The notes: generated from the letters alone by a model not told the origin. A DNA stretch of 64,000 bases from Candidatus Nomurabacteria bacterium (GCA_943350875.1 CALRAL010000001.1:4829-68828); one strand, 5' to 3'; positions 27,155-36,240 are shown, counted from the first letter of the stretch. Translations and numbers: made by a program.

Positions 27155-27733
27155 ATGGACAAATATTCCAAGTTAAATTTAGCATGTGGCCCAAAGGTAA
27201 AAAATAAATTTAAATTACCTTGGCTAAATGTTGATATCGATGGAAAAGCAGCTGATTTTATCTGTGATATAATGGTATTACAGAAAGAATGGAGTGGTAA
27301 ATTTGAAGAAGTTAGGGCTTCTCATGTATTAGAGCATATTTTTTTAGACGATGTGCCAAAAGTTTTATCCGAATGGATACGAGTATTAAAACCAAACGGC
27401 GTGTTAAGAATCATAGTTCCTGATCTTGATATTGTAATTGAGTCTTTAAACAGTGGTATTGATCAGAAAAAAAGGAAATCTTTATCGGTCGATACTACTA
27501 CCCCGATTTTATCTCAAATTTATGGATGGGGTTATTGGACAAAAAATACAAAAAAGGAATGGAGACACAGAATGATATATAATGAGAAACTTATTATTAA
27601 GATTTTGAAAAATCAGAAAAAATTAAAAAATATAAAAACCTACAAACAAGATCAAGATCCAGCATTTATATTCAAAATAAAAGATGATTCACAAAATATT
27701 TTTTCTTTATGTGTCCAAGCTCAAAAAAAGTAA
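27155..27733 (+). CDS. SAM-dependent methyltransferase (class I)
   Basis: LNLACGPKV...LNVDIDGKAADFICD...LKPNGVLRIIVPD resembles methyltransf_11/23-type motifs I, II and post-II. Confidence 0.5.
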   Translation: MDKYSKLNLACGPKVKNKFKLPWLNVDIDGKAADFICDIMVLQKEWSGKFEEVRASHVLEHIFLDDVPKVLSEWIRVLKPNGVLRIIVPDLDIVIESLNSGIDQKKRKSLSVDTTTPILSQIYGWGYWTKNTKKEWRHRMIYNEKLIIKILKNQKKLKNIKTYKQDQDPAFIFKIKDDSQNIFSLCVQAQKK

Positions 27734-27775
27734 AGTCGATTATATTTATTAGTATTAATAGTTTAAAATAAAATT

Positions 27776-28261
27776 ATGGAACAACCAATGGATAATAAAA
27801 TGAGTAGCAAAATAGAATCAACTAATTTAAAAATTGAATTTGTAAATTTAACTTTAGGAATTGAACCCTCTAATATTGAGACTTCCCACATAAGTGCCAT
27901 ATTTCTAGTTGGCATAAAAGACGGGATGATACTCGCTGCAAGAAATGAAAGAGGGTGGGATATCCCAGGAGGTCACGTAGATGCTGATGATACAGATTTG
28001 TATTCTGCATTAGTACGAGAAGTAGATGAAGAATCAGGTGTAACACTCAAAAAAGCTAAGCCTTTTGCTATCATGAGATTTGATGGAAAAGATAAATCAA
28101 TGCTGTTTTATGTATCCGATGCTTTTGAATTAGAAGAGTTTATACCAAAGGAAGATGCGTTTGAAAGACAAATGATGCCCATTCCAGAATTTATAGAAAA
28201 ATATAATTGGAAGAAAAACGTAATTCAACCAATAATTGAATATGCTATTCAAAATAAATAA
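27776..28261 (+). CDS. Nudix hydrolase
   Basis: Nudix box GGHVDADDTDLYSALVREVDEESGV (Gx5Ex7REVxEExG). Confidence 0.75.
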   Translation: MEQPMDNKMSSKIESTNLKIEFVNLTLGIEPSNIETSHISAIFLVGIKDGMILAARNERGWDIPGGHVDADDTDLYSALVREVDEESGVTLKKAKPFAIMRFDGKDKSMLFYVSDAFELEEFIPKEDAFERQMMPIPEFIEKYNWKKNVIQPIIEYAIQNK

Positions 28262-28269
28262 GAATTTAA

Positions 28270-28602
28270 ATTAAAGTATTTACTCCTCTCAAAACTCTGA
28301 GAGCAAAAATTCAAAAAAATTAATTTGCCAAAAAAAATCAAGAAGCACGCGAAGCGAATTTTGCGAAATACTTTCCCCCAAACCCCCAGCATTTCGCAAA
28401 ATTTCGCTCGCGTTCCGCATTTCTGCACTCCGCCTCCTTTGCCCCCAAAACATTGTGGCGGAGTGCAGAGCATTCTCCCGCACTTCTGCTTCAGCAGAAG
28501 CTCTGTGCTTCGCACAGAGGCGCTTCAGCGCGCGGGGAACGCTTGTGGATATTCTCACGAATTTTTGATAAAGTAAGTTCGAGCGGAATCGTAAAGACAC
28601 TC
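28270..28602. repeat. Inverted repeat C, right copy; ends exactly at the prfB ATG
   Basis: See 24812-25130; ...CGTAAAGACACTC|ATG. Confidence 0.8.
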
Positions 28603-29484
28603 ATGGAAAAAGAAGAAATACAAAATAAAATAGGTACATTAGAAAAGGAAATGACAAGTCCAGATTTTTGGAATGATAAAATAAAAGCGCAAAATATCAT
28701 AAAAGAAATTGCTGAATTAAAGTCAAAGAAAGAGGGTTTTGGAAAATATGATAAAGGGAATGCAATCATCACTATTATCTCTGGCGCAGGAGGGGATGAT
28801 TCTGAAGATTTTGCAAATATGTTGCTCCAAATGTATGTGAAATATGCTGGGAAAAAAGGCTGGGGTGTTTCTTTCATTCATGAAAATAAAAATGAACATG
28901 GTGGTTATAAAAATGTATCTTTTGAAATAGAGGGAAAGGGCGCTTATGGGAATTTAAAAAACGAAGGAGGAGTGCATCGTCTCGTACGTATTTCTCCTTT
29001 TAATGCTAAAAAATTACGTCATACTTCTTTTGCACTGGTTGAGGTTTTGCCAAAATTCTCAAAACTCGAAGAGAAGGATTTTGTGATTCCAGAAGCGGAT
29101 TTGAAAATAGAATTTGCTCGCTCCGGTGGTCCTGGCGGGCAAAATGTGAACAAGAGAGAGACTGCAGTTAGAGTGGTGCATATTCCAAGTGGTATAGCTG
29201 TGCATGCTTCAAATGAGCGTTCGCAAGAGCAGAATAGGGAGCGAGCAATGGCAATCCTGCGGGCTAAAATATTCAAAAAAGCTGAACAAGATAAAAAAAC
29301 AATAGAAGAAAGTCTAAAATTAACTAAAAATACTCAGATAGAGTGGGGGAATCAGATTCGTTCGTATGTTTTGCACCCGTATAAAATGGTGAAAGACCAT
29401 AGGACAGAAGCAGAGACTTCCAATGTTGACGAAGTCCTCGCTGGCGATTTAGAACTATTCATTGAAGCGGAGAAAAATTTGTAA
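28603..29484 (+). CDS. prfB: Peptide chain release factor 2 (SPF motif), apparently without a programmed +1 frameshift and with a short N-terminus
   Basis: RISPFNAKK (SPF tripeptide anticodon), GGQNVNKRETAVR (GGQ). The single ORF runs from MEKEEIQ with no CUU-UGA-type shift site. The upstream in-frame extension belongs to the repeat. Confidence 0.8.
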   Translation: MEKEEIQNKIGTLEKEMTSPDFWNDKIKAQNIIKEIAELKSKKEGFGKYDKGNAIITIISGAGGDDSEDFANMLLQMYVKYAGKKGWGVSFIHENKNEHGGYKNVSFEIEGKGAYGNLKNEGGVHRLVRISPFNAKKLRHTSFALVEVLPKFSKLEEKDFVIPEADLKIEFARSGGPGGQNVNKRETAVRVVHIPSGIAVHASNERSQEQNRERAMAILRAKIFKKAEQDKKTIEESLKLTKNTQIEWGNQIRSYVLHPYKMVKDHRTEAETSNVDEVLAGDLELFIEAEKNL

Positions 29485-29503
29485 TTGTGATACAATTAGT
29501 AGT

Positions 29504-30286
29504 ATGAACCCTTGGATACAGCTAAGTATTGATTACGCAAATCAGAGAAGTTATTTGGATGATCTTTTTAAAGTTTATCCAACTATACCAGATGGTATAC
29601 GCGAAATTAATGAAGAACTTTGGAAAAATATAGAAAACTCCTTCAAAAGTAAAAACAATAAAAACTTAATTGAAAATTTAGTTAAGTTAGATTTATTTCC
29701 TATCAAAGATTCCTATGTTGCTTATTTAAAGAAAGATAAAACAGCTTCTCTAAGAAATCCAAAAACAATATCAAGATTAGCAGGGCGTTTATATGAAATG
29801 GGTTTGAATACTATCTATGAACGTTGTTCAGAGCCAAAAGAAACAAATAGACAAATTGGTCCGTTGTTTCGTCGTTGGTTGAGTAGCAAATCTTTAGGTG
29901 TTCCATACTTGGAATCTACAGAATTTTTAGCTACAAAAGAAAATGCTGTGCTAGATGCAGGTGATGCAGAAATGATGACTTTTGCTAAAAAACATTTTAA
30001 TTATAAACACAATAAAGGGTTAGATTTTATTGCTCGTTTTAATGGTAAATATGTAATTGGGGAAGCGAAATTCTTGACTGACTTTGGTGGACATCAAAAT
30101 GCCCAATTTAATGATGCTATTTCTACAATAAAAACTAAGCATGTAAATGCAGTTAAAATAGCTATTTTAGATGGAGTTCTTTATATTAAAGGAAATAATA
30201 AAATGTATAGAAGTATTACGACAAAATATAAAAAAGAAAATATAATGAGTAGTCTTGTATTACGTGAATTTCTTTATCAACTTTAA
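29504..30286 (+). CDS. Putative Type II restriction endonuclease (PD-(D/E)xK)
   Basis: GLDFIARFNGKYVIGEAKF (D...E-A-K); directly upstream of and co-oriented with a DNA methyltransferase; start trimmed to MNPWIQL. Confidence 0.5.
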   Translation: MNPWIQLSIDYANQRSYLDDLFKVYPTIPDGIREINEELWKNIENSFKSKNNKNLIENLVKLDLFPIKDSYVAYLKKDKTASLRNPKTISRLAGRLYEMGLNTIYERCSEPKETNRQIGPLFRRWLSSKSLGVPYLESTEFLATKENAVLDAGDAEMMTFAKKHFNYKHNKGLDFIARFNGKYVIGEAKFLTDFGGHQNAQFNDAISTIKTKHVNAVKIAILDGVLYIKGNNKMYRSITTKYKKENIMSSLVLREFLYQL

Positions 30287-30294
30287 ATTTTTAT

Positions 30295-31521
30295 ATGTTT
30301 ATAACATACAAAAACAAAAAAGAAGAATTTGAGATCTTAAATACTCCAAAAGCGAGCCTAGAAATTATTTCAGGGAAAGGTTCAAAAAATAAACTTATTC
30401 AAGGTGATAATTTAAGTATTCTTCAGTCTTTAATGAAAGATTATAATTTGAAAGGAAAAATTGATTTGATTTATATTGATCCGCCTTTTGCCACCAATAC
30501 TGATTTTAAAATAGGAGATAGAACAAGTACTATCAGTAGTAGCAATCTTGATGAAATTGCGTATAGCGATACATTAATTGGGGATGATTTTTTGGAGTTT
30601 TTAAGAGAGAGATTAATTTTGCTTCGTGAATTATTGTCAGAAAGAGGCTCTATTTATTTACATATTGATTATAAAATTGGTCATTATGTAAAATTGATAA
30701 TGGATGAAGTTTTTGGAGTAAAAAACTTTCGTAATGATATAACCAGAATTAAATGCAACCCAAAAAATTTTCATAGAAAAGCATATGGCAATGTGAAAGA
30801 TATGATACTTTTTTATACAAAAAATGGAAATCCTATTTGGAATGATCCTCGTGTTGCTTTTTCGAATGAAGACGAAGAACGGTTATTTAAAAAAACTGAT
30901 AAAGATGGAAGAAAATACACAACAATACCATTACATGCTCCAGGAGAAACAACAAAGGGAAATACGGGTAAAGAATGGCGTGGTGTTAAACCACCAAAAG
31001 GACGGCATTGGAGAACCGACCCAAAAATTCTTGAAGAATGGGACAAAGAAGGTTTGATTGAGTGGTCAAAAAATGATGTTCCAAGAAAAAAAATTTATAT
31101 TGATGAAAGGGATGGTAAAAAAACACAAGATATTTGGGAGTTTAAAGATCCGCAATATCCCAATTATCCAACCGAAAAAAATCTTAATCTGCTTAAATTT
31201 ATTATTTCCGCTTCATCTAATAAAGATAGTATTGTTTTAGATTGTTTTTGTGGTTCAGGTACAACATTAATAGGTGCACAAGAATTGGATAGGAATTGGA
31301 TAGGAATAGATCAGTCAGAACAAGCAATAAAAGTTATAAAAGAACGCTTAAATAAAATACAAAATGGTTTTTTTTCAAAAAAAGATTATGAATTTATTAT
31401 AGAAGGTAAAGAATTAATACATCCAAAATATACAATAGAAGATATGGTAAAAGGTATTACAAAGAAAAATAGACACAAGGAAGTTGATTGGGGGCCTCCA
31501 AGAGGTAAAGAAGTATGGTAG
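30295..31521 (+). CDS. DNA methyltransferase, beta-class (N6-adenine or N4-cytosine)
   Basis: IYIDPPFATNTDF (DPPF motif IV) N-terminal; LDCFCGSGTTLIGAQELDRNWIGID (motif I) C-terminal. Confidence 0.75.
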   Translation: MFITYKNKKEEFEILNTPKASLEIISGKGSKNKLIQGDNLSILQSLMKDYNLKGKIDLIYIDPPFATNTDFKIGDRTSTISSSNLDEIAYSDTLIGDDFLEFLRERLILLRELLSERGSIYLHIDYKIGHYVKLIMDEVFGVKNFRNDITRIKCNPKNFHRKAYGNVKDMILFYTKNGNPIWNDPRVAFSNEDEERLFKKTDKDGRKYTTIPLHAPGETTKGNTGKEWRGVKPPKGRHWRTDPKILEEWDKEGLIEWSKNDVPRKKIYIDERDGKKTQDIWEFKDPQYPNYPTEKNLNLLKFIISASSNKDSIVLDCFCGSGTTLIGAQELDRNWIGIDQSEQAIKVIKERLNKIQNGFFSKKDYEFIIEGKELIHPKYTIEDMVKGITKKNRHKEVDWGPPRGKEVW

Positions 31522-31566
31522 AAAATCTTTTGTTTTACTAATCTGCAATTATGCTATAATTGATAG

Positions 31567-32247
31567 GTGATTTATTTTAACAATGTTTCAAAAGTTTATA
31601 ACAAGGATTCGGTGGCACTCGATGATGTGACATTGACCATAAAAGCAGGTGAATTTGTCTCTATCGTGGGGCATTCTGGGGCGGGGAAGACGACACTACT
31701 TAAAATGATTCTTGCAGAGGATGTGCCCACCAATGGCACAGTGTTTTTTGAGTCTCAAAATGTGCATAAATTGAAAAATAAAGATTTGACCAAGCTACGT
31801 TGTCGTATTGGGACAGTTTTTCAAGATTTTAAACTTTTATCAAACAAAACTGCTTATGAGAATATCGCTTTTGCTATGGAAGCAGTAGGGAAAACAGACG
31901 AGGAGATAGCCGGTGACGTACCACATGTTTTAGAGCTTGTAGATTTAGGTAGTAAGATTTTCCATTTTCCGCATCAAATGTCAGGCGGTGAACAGCAACG
32001 CCTTGCTATTGCTCGAGCTATTATCAATCAACCAGAACTCATTATTGCCGATGAACCGACTGGGAATTTGGACCCTATAAATACTTACGAGATTGTGCAA
32101 ATTCTTAAAAAAATAAATGACCTTGGCACCACTGTGATATTAACGACGCACAACAGAGGCGTGATAGACTCAGTCGGCAAGAGAGTGGTGACGATGGAAA
32201 AAGGAAAAGTTATTAGAGATGACAAAGAAGGGAAATACGTTATATAA
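31567..32247 (+). CDS. ftsE: Cell-division ABC ATPase FtsE
   Basis: Walker A GHSGAGKTTLLKMI, signature MSGGEQQRLAIARAI, Walker B LIIADEPTGNLD; followed by ftsX. Confidence 0.8.
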   Translation: MIYFNNVSKVYNKDSVALDDVTLTIKAGEFVSIVGHSGAGKTTLLKMILAEDVPTNGTVFFESQNVHKLKNKDLTKLRCRIGTVFQDFKLLSNKTAYENIAFAMEAVGKTDEEIAGDVPHVLELVDLGSKIFHFPHQMSGGEQQRLAIARAIINQPELIIADEPTGNLDPINTYEIVQILKKINDLGTTVILTTHNRGVIDSVGKRVVTMEKGKVIRDDKEGKYVI

Positions 32248-32260
32248 TTAATCAATTTTT

Positions 32261-33178
32261 ATGATCGGATTTAAAAGGATTTTAAAAGCTGGATTCATAA
32301 ACTTCAAAAGAGGTGGACTCGTTTCTTATGCATCTGTATTGGTGATGACTATTACTCTCTCGGTCATCACTGCTCTTATTTTGCTCCAAGCTGTGCTTCA
32401 CTTTTCACTTGATCAAATAAAAAACAAAGTGGACGTGACGATTTATTTTAATGTAAATGCTGACGAAGATAAAATAACAGCTTTGAAATCATATTTAGAA
32501 AAAATGCCAGAAGTGGCAGAAGTTTCTTACACTTCATCTGCACAGGCATTGAAGATCTTTCGTGACAGGCATTCTGCAGATTATCCTACTATTCAAGCTT
32601 TGGATGAGATAGGTCAGAATCCTCTCGGTGCTTATTTGAATATCAAAGCCAAAGAGGTTTCTCAATATGAAAGCATTGCAAACTTCTTGAAATCAGACAA
32701 TGCTCTCGTACTAGGTTCTGCTTCAATTATAGATAAGGTGAATTATTATCAAAACAAACTTGTGATAGACAGGTTAAATAATATAATTTCTGGGGCACAA
32801 AAACTTGGCTTCTTGATAACTATTATTTTGGTTATAATTTCTATTATTATTACCTTCAATACTATCCGTTTGGCTATATTCATTTCTAAGGAAGAAATAG
32901 GGGTGATGCGTCTAGTTGGAGCGAGTAAAATGCGTACTAGAGGGCCATTTTTAGTGGAGGGAGCTGTTTATGGGTGTATTGCCACTTTTGTCACCTTTCT
33001 CTTGTTTTGGCCTATTACAGCGTGGTTGGGGCACAATATGACTCCGCTTTTAGGCACAAATATGTATGATTATTACTTTTCAAATATATTGCAAATACTA
33101 GCCATAGTCTTGCTTTCAGGTATCACAATTGGTATTCTTTCTTCGTTACTGGCCATCCGTAAATATTTAAATATATAA
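32261..33178 (+). CDS. ftsX: Cell-division permease FtsX
   Basis: Four-TM topology with a large first periplasmic loop and a C-terminal GVMRLVGASKMRTRGPFLVEG block. Confidence 0.75.
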   Translation: MIGFKRILKAGFINFKRGGLVSYASVLVMTITLSVITALILLQAVLHFSLDQIKNKVDVTIYFNVNADEDKITALKSYLEKMPEVAEVSYTSSAQALKIFRDRHSADYPTIQALDEIGQNPLGAYLNIKAKEVSQYESIANFLKSDNALVLGSASIIDKVNYYQNKLVIDRLNNIISGAQKLGFLITIILVIISIIITFNTIRLAIFISKEEIGVMRLVGASKMRTRGPFLVEGAVYGCIATFVTFLLFWPITAWLGHNMTPLLGTNMYDYYFSNILQILAIVLLSGITIGILSSLLAIRKYLNI

Positions 33179-33182
33179 CAGT

Positions 33183-34850
33183 ATGTCAAAAAAAGAGGCA
33201 AAATATATTTTTGTGGTTGGAGGAGTTATTTCTGGAGTAGGGAAAGGTATTACTTCTTCTTCAATCGGAGTAGTATTACAGAATCGCGGACTCAAAGTGA
33301 CGGCTCTAAAAATCGACCCTTATATCAATATTGATGCTGGTACTATGAACCCCACTGAGCACGGTGAGGTTTTTGTATTGTCGGATGGTGATGAGACGGA
33401 TCAAGATATGGGGAACTATGAAAGATTTTTAAATTTGGATTTAACTAAGGTAAATTATATGACGACCGGTAGAGTGTATCAGACAGTCATAGAAAAAGAA
33501 CGAAATCTAGAATATAAAGGCAAATGTGTAGAAGTCGTACCTCATATACCACTTGAAGTTATAGCTAGGATAAAAAAGGCAGGTAAAGAAGCAGAGGCAG
33601 ATGTGGTGATAGTAGAGATAGGAGGGACGATAGGTGAATATCAAAACATGCTTTTCCTAGAAGCGGCCAGAATGATGAAAATAGAGTATCCAAAAGATGT
33701 GGTTTTTGTGATGGTTTCTTATTTACCGACTCCTTATGTGGTAGGAGAAATGAAGACCAAGCCTACCCAACATGCTTCTAGAATGCTCAACTCTTCGGGA
33801 ATTCAAGCTGACATATTAATAGCTCGAGCTGATACAAAACTGGATGAAAAAAGAAAAGAAAAACTTGCTCTGTCTTGTAGTGTGATAACTGACAGAATAA
33901 TTTCTGCGCCAGATGTAGAAAGCATTTATGATATTCCAATAAATTTCGAACGGGAAAAACTTTCAGATAAACTTTGCGATATCTTAGGTGTCACTTGTAA
34001 AAAGCCAGATGAGAAAGCTTGGAATAAATGGAAAGATTTTGCCAAGCATGCACATAATGGTAAAGAAACTATAGAAATAGCAATAGTAGGAAAGTATTTT
34101 GAAACAGGGGATTTTGTTTTGTCTGATGCATATCTATCTGTGATTGAAGCGATAAAATATTCTAGTTATGCCCAAAATAAAAAGCCAATTATTTATTGGC
34201 TCAATTCGACTGATTTCGAGGGTGATAAAAGTAAATTAAAAGAATTGAAGAAATATGATGGTATATTGGTACCAGGAGGATATGGTGCCCGAGGAGTAGA
34301 AGGCAAACTAAATGTGGTTAAATATGCCCGAGAGAACAAGATTCCGTATTTTGGACTTTGTTATGGAATGCAAATGATGGTGATAGAATACGCGCGGAAT
34401 GTTTTAGGTCTCAAAGATGCAAATACTAGAGAAATAAATCCAGATTCAAAAAATATAGTGATAGATGTGATGGATTCTCAAAAAGAACATTTGAAAAAGC
34501 ATTTATATGGTGGAACTAACAGACTTGGGAGTTATAAAGCTATTTTGCGTGATGGTACTATTGCGCGTTCTGCTTATGTCAAAAAAGAAATAGTAGAGCG
34601 TCACAGACATCGCTACGAAGTAAATCCTGCATTTATAGCAGAATTGGAGGCCAAAGGTTTAGTATTTTCAGGTCGTTCTCCAGATGGACAGTTGATGGAG
34701 ATAGCGGAACTTCCGAAAAAAGTTCACCCTTTCTTTTTAGGTACTCAATTCCATCCGGAATTTCTCGCCCGACCCCTTTCTCCACATCCACTTTTCACCG
34801 CTTTTATAAGAGCGTGTATTGCTAAGCTTGCCCACAATGCTAAAGCGTAG
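33183..34850 (+). CDS. pyrG: CTP synthase
   Basis: YIFVVGGVISGVGKGITSSSIG..., glutamine amidotransferase domain GLCYGMQMMVIEYARN...HRHRYEVN. Confidence 0.9.
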   Translation: MSKKEAKYIFVVGGVISGVGKGITSSSIGVVLQNRGLKVTALKIDPYINIDAGTMNPTEHGEVFVLSDGDETDQDMGNYERFLNLDLTKVNYMTTGRVYQTVIEKERNLEYKGKCVEVVPHIPLEVIARIKKAGKEAEADVVIVEIGGTIGEYQNMLFLEAARMMKIEYPKDVVFVMVSYLPTPYVVGEMKTKPTQHASRMLNSSGIQADILIARADTKLDEKRKEKLALSCSVITDRIISAPDVESIYDIPINFEREKLSDKLCDILGVTCKKPDEKAWNKWKDFAKHAHNGKETIEIAIVGKYFETGDFVLSDAYLSVIEAIKYSSYAQNKKPIIYWLNSTDFEGDKSKLKELKKYDGILVPGGYGARGVEGKLNVVKYARENKIPYFGLCYGMQMMVIEYARNVLGLKDANTREINPDSKNIVIDVMDSQKEHLKKHLYGGTNRLGSYKAILRDGTIARSAYVKKEIVERHRHRYEVNPAFIAELEAKGLVFSGRSPDGQLMEIAELPKKVHPFFLGTQFHPEFLARPLSPHPLFTAFIRACIAKLAHNAKA

Positions 34851-34914
34851 CTTTTGCCCGCCCGCATGACTAGCTTTAGCGTGTCGGGCAGGCAGGCGGG
34901 AAATAATAGTCTTC

Positions 34915-35517
34915 TTAAGAAAGTTTTTGTTTACGTTTTCGAATTAGGGAAACGATAAACATTGCAACAAGGGTGCCTATGGCAGCCATGGCCATATCTT
35001 TTGGTGTATCAAAGATGTCTCCTTGTGAACCATAGAATGAAGTAGCGAGGACTGGGTTCACAGTCTCGGCGGCGAGCCATTCAAATATCTCATATATTGC
35101 AGAGAAGGCGAGGATGGTTTCCATTGGTACATAATAACTCCAACCATTCTCTACTTTCTTTATATTTATTACAAATTCATGTACTGGGTAAAAAAATAAA
35201 AATCCAAACATAAAATGCGTGAATCTATCATACATATTTCTCGTAGATCCTAAGAATTCCCCCAAGCCATTTCCAAAAGGTACGCCTGTCACTCCATAAT
35301 GCGAAGTTACGAGTGGTAGGAGTAGGTATGCCACTATGAGGGTGAGAGATAAATTTGATATTTGGAGACGTTTTCCGAATATGCCAAAAAATATCAGCCC
35401 CACAAATATCGGGCTGTTCTCAAGCCACCAGTCTGACTGTGATGCCGGGGGGCGTATGCCTGACCATATAAGGACCACAACGAAAACTATCAGTAAAAAC
35501 CATTTATACTTGCTCAT
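34915..35517 (-). CDS. Integral membrane protein (DUF2238/YjdF-like)
   Basis: 200 aa, ~5 TM; family assignment tentative. Confidence 0.45.
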   Translation of the reverse strand: MSKYKWFLLIVFVVVLIWSGIRPPASQSDWWLENSPIFVGLIFFGIFGKRLQISNLSLTLIVAYLLLPLVTSHYGVTGVPFGNGLGEFLGSTRNMYDRFTHFMFGFLFFYPVHEFVINIKKVENGWSYYVPMETILAFSAIYEIFEWLAAETVNPVLATSFYGSQGDIFDTPKDMAMAAIGTLVAMFIVSLIRKRKQKLS

Positions 35518-35555
35518 TTATAAAATAAATCTTAACTCTTTTTTTATCCAAATTC

Positions 35556-35760
35556 AAGACAAAATGTTGATAAAAAAGACGTGCTGTGTCTCTTGAATAA
35601 AATCCGAACTTTTTTCCAAAACAATCCGGATGCTGACTAATACCGACCAGCGCCTCGCAAAGCCTCGGCGCTCCGCCCTCGCCCCATTCCGCCTTTCATT
35701 CTAATTTTTTTCGCGGGGGGATTCTTTTTGAAATTGTATGGGCGGAAACGGGGCTCGGTC
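35556..35760. repeat. Inverted repeat D, left copy (~200 bp, GC-rich); partner at 43195-43382
   Basis: The reverse complement of 43195-43382 is essentially identical (TGCTGTGTCTCTTGAATAAAATCCGAAC...CGCCTCGCAAAGCCTCGGCG...CGCGGGGGGATTC...GGCTCGGTCGGGC). Confidence 0.8.
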
Positions 35761-36207
35761 GGGCTTCTTCTAAGGAAGAAGCGGTCGGTAAATACGTGGT
35801 GTCTCGGACATTATACTATTTTTGATCGTCCGTGACCAAAGGAGTCCATCCTCGGCATTCGCCTCGGACATTTCCGCTAGGGCTACTCGCGCCTAGATGT
35901 CTAGGTTTGGCGCGTTTCCTCGCTCTACGGCACTGTGGTGCCGGAGCTCGGGCGCCAGCAGTTTGGGGGAAGGAAGGAATCCTTCCCCCAGCTTCGCCTC
36001 GTCTCGGCAGGGCTCGACCAACCGGCTCAGCCAACCCCCATCCTCGTTTTCATATCCGAGTATTTCTCAAGATTTTAGATTATCCTTTGTTTATATCGTC
36101 GGCGCTCATCCTTTAGCCACGGACGCCCGTCGCGGAAATGTCCGAGGCTCAAATTCGTATTGCACACTTGACCCACCCTCCCGTTCGCGTGTGCGCAAAA
36201 CCCCGCT
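35761..36207. ncRNA. GC-rich ~450-bp non-coding island with many nested hairpins; candidate structured RNA of unknown class
   Basis: Much more GC-rich than surrounding CDSs (as are the rRNA and tRNAs here). Long-range inverted pair CGCCTCGGACATTTCCGC (35858) / GCGGAAATGTCCGAGG (36128); perfect 9-bp stem GGGGGAAGG-AAGGAAT-CCTTCCCCC; a TTGGTC-N18-TATAAT-like promoter on the minus strand near 35800-35830. The ORFs here are Arg/Pro/Ala-rich and look spurious. Confidence 0.4.
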
Positions 36208-36240
36208 CGCAAGGACGAGAGGCGTGCGAGCGGGGCTCCC
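36208..36240 (-). terminator. Rho-independent terminator for the minus-strand operon (11-bp stem CCCCGCTCGCA...TGCGAGCGGGG, then a T-tract on the minus strand)
   Basis: Seen directly after the stop of the nuclease gene. Confidence 0.65.

Noticed and set aside
28453-28602. N-terminal extension of prfB (ORF-track start at 28453) and a possible programmed frameshift
   Set aside because: The extension is the inverted-repeat sequence and does not resemble an RF2 N-terminus. No CUU-UGA shift site or alternative-frame RF2 segment was found.
35858-36150. RNase P RNA call for the GC-rich region
   Set aside because: Only a loose match to the P4 5' strand was found (GGAAATGTCCGAGGCTC). It occurs as an inverted repeat on both strands, without the P4 3' partner or the other conserved regions.
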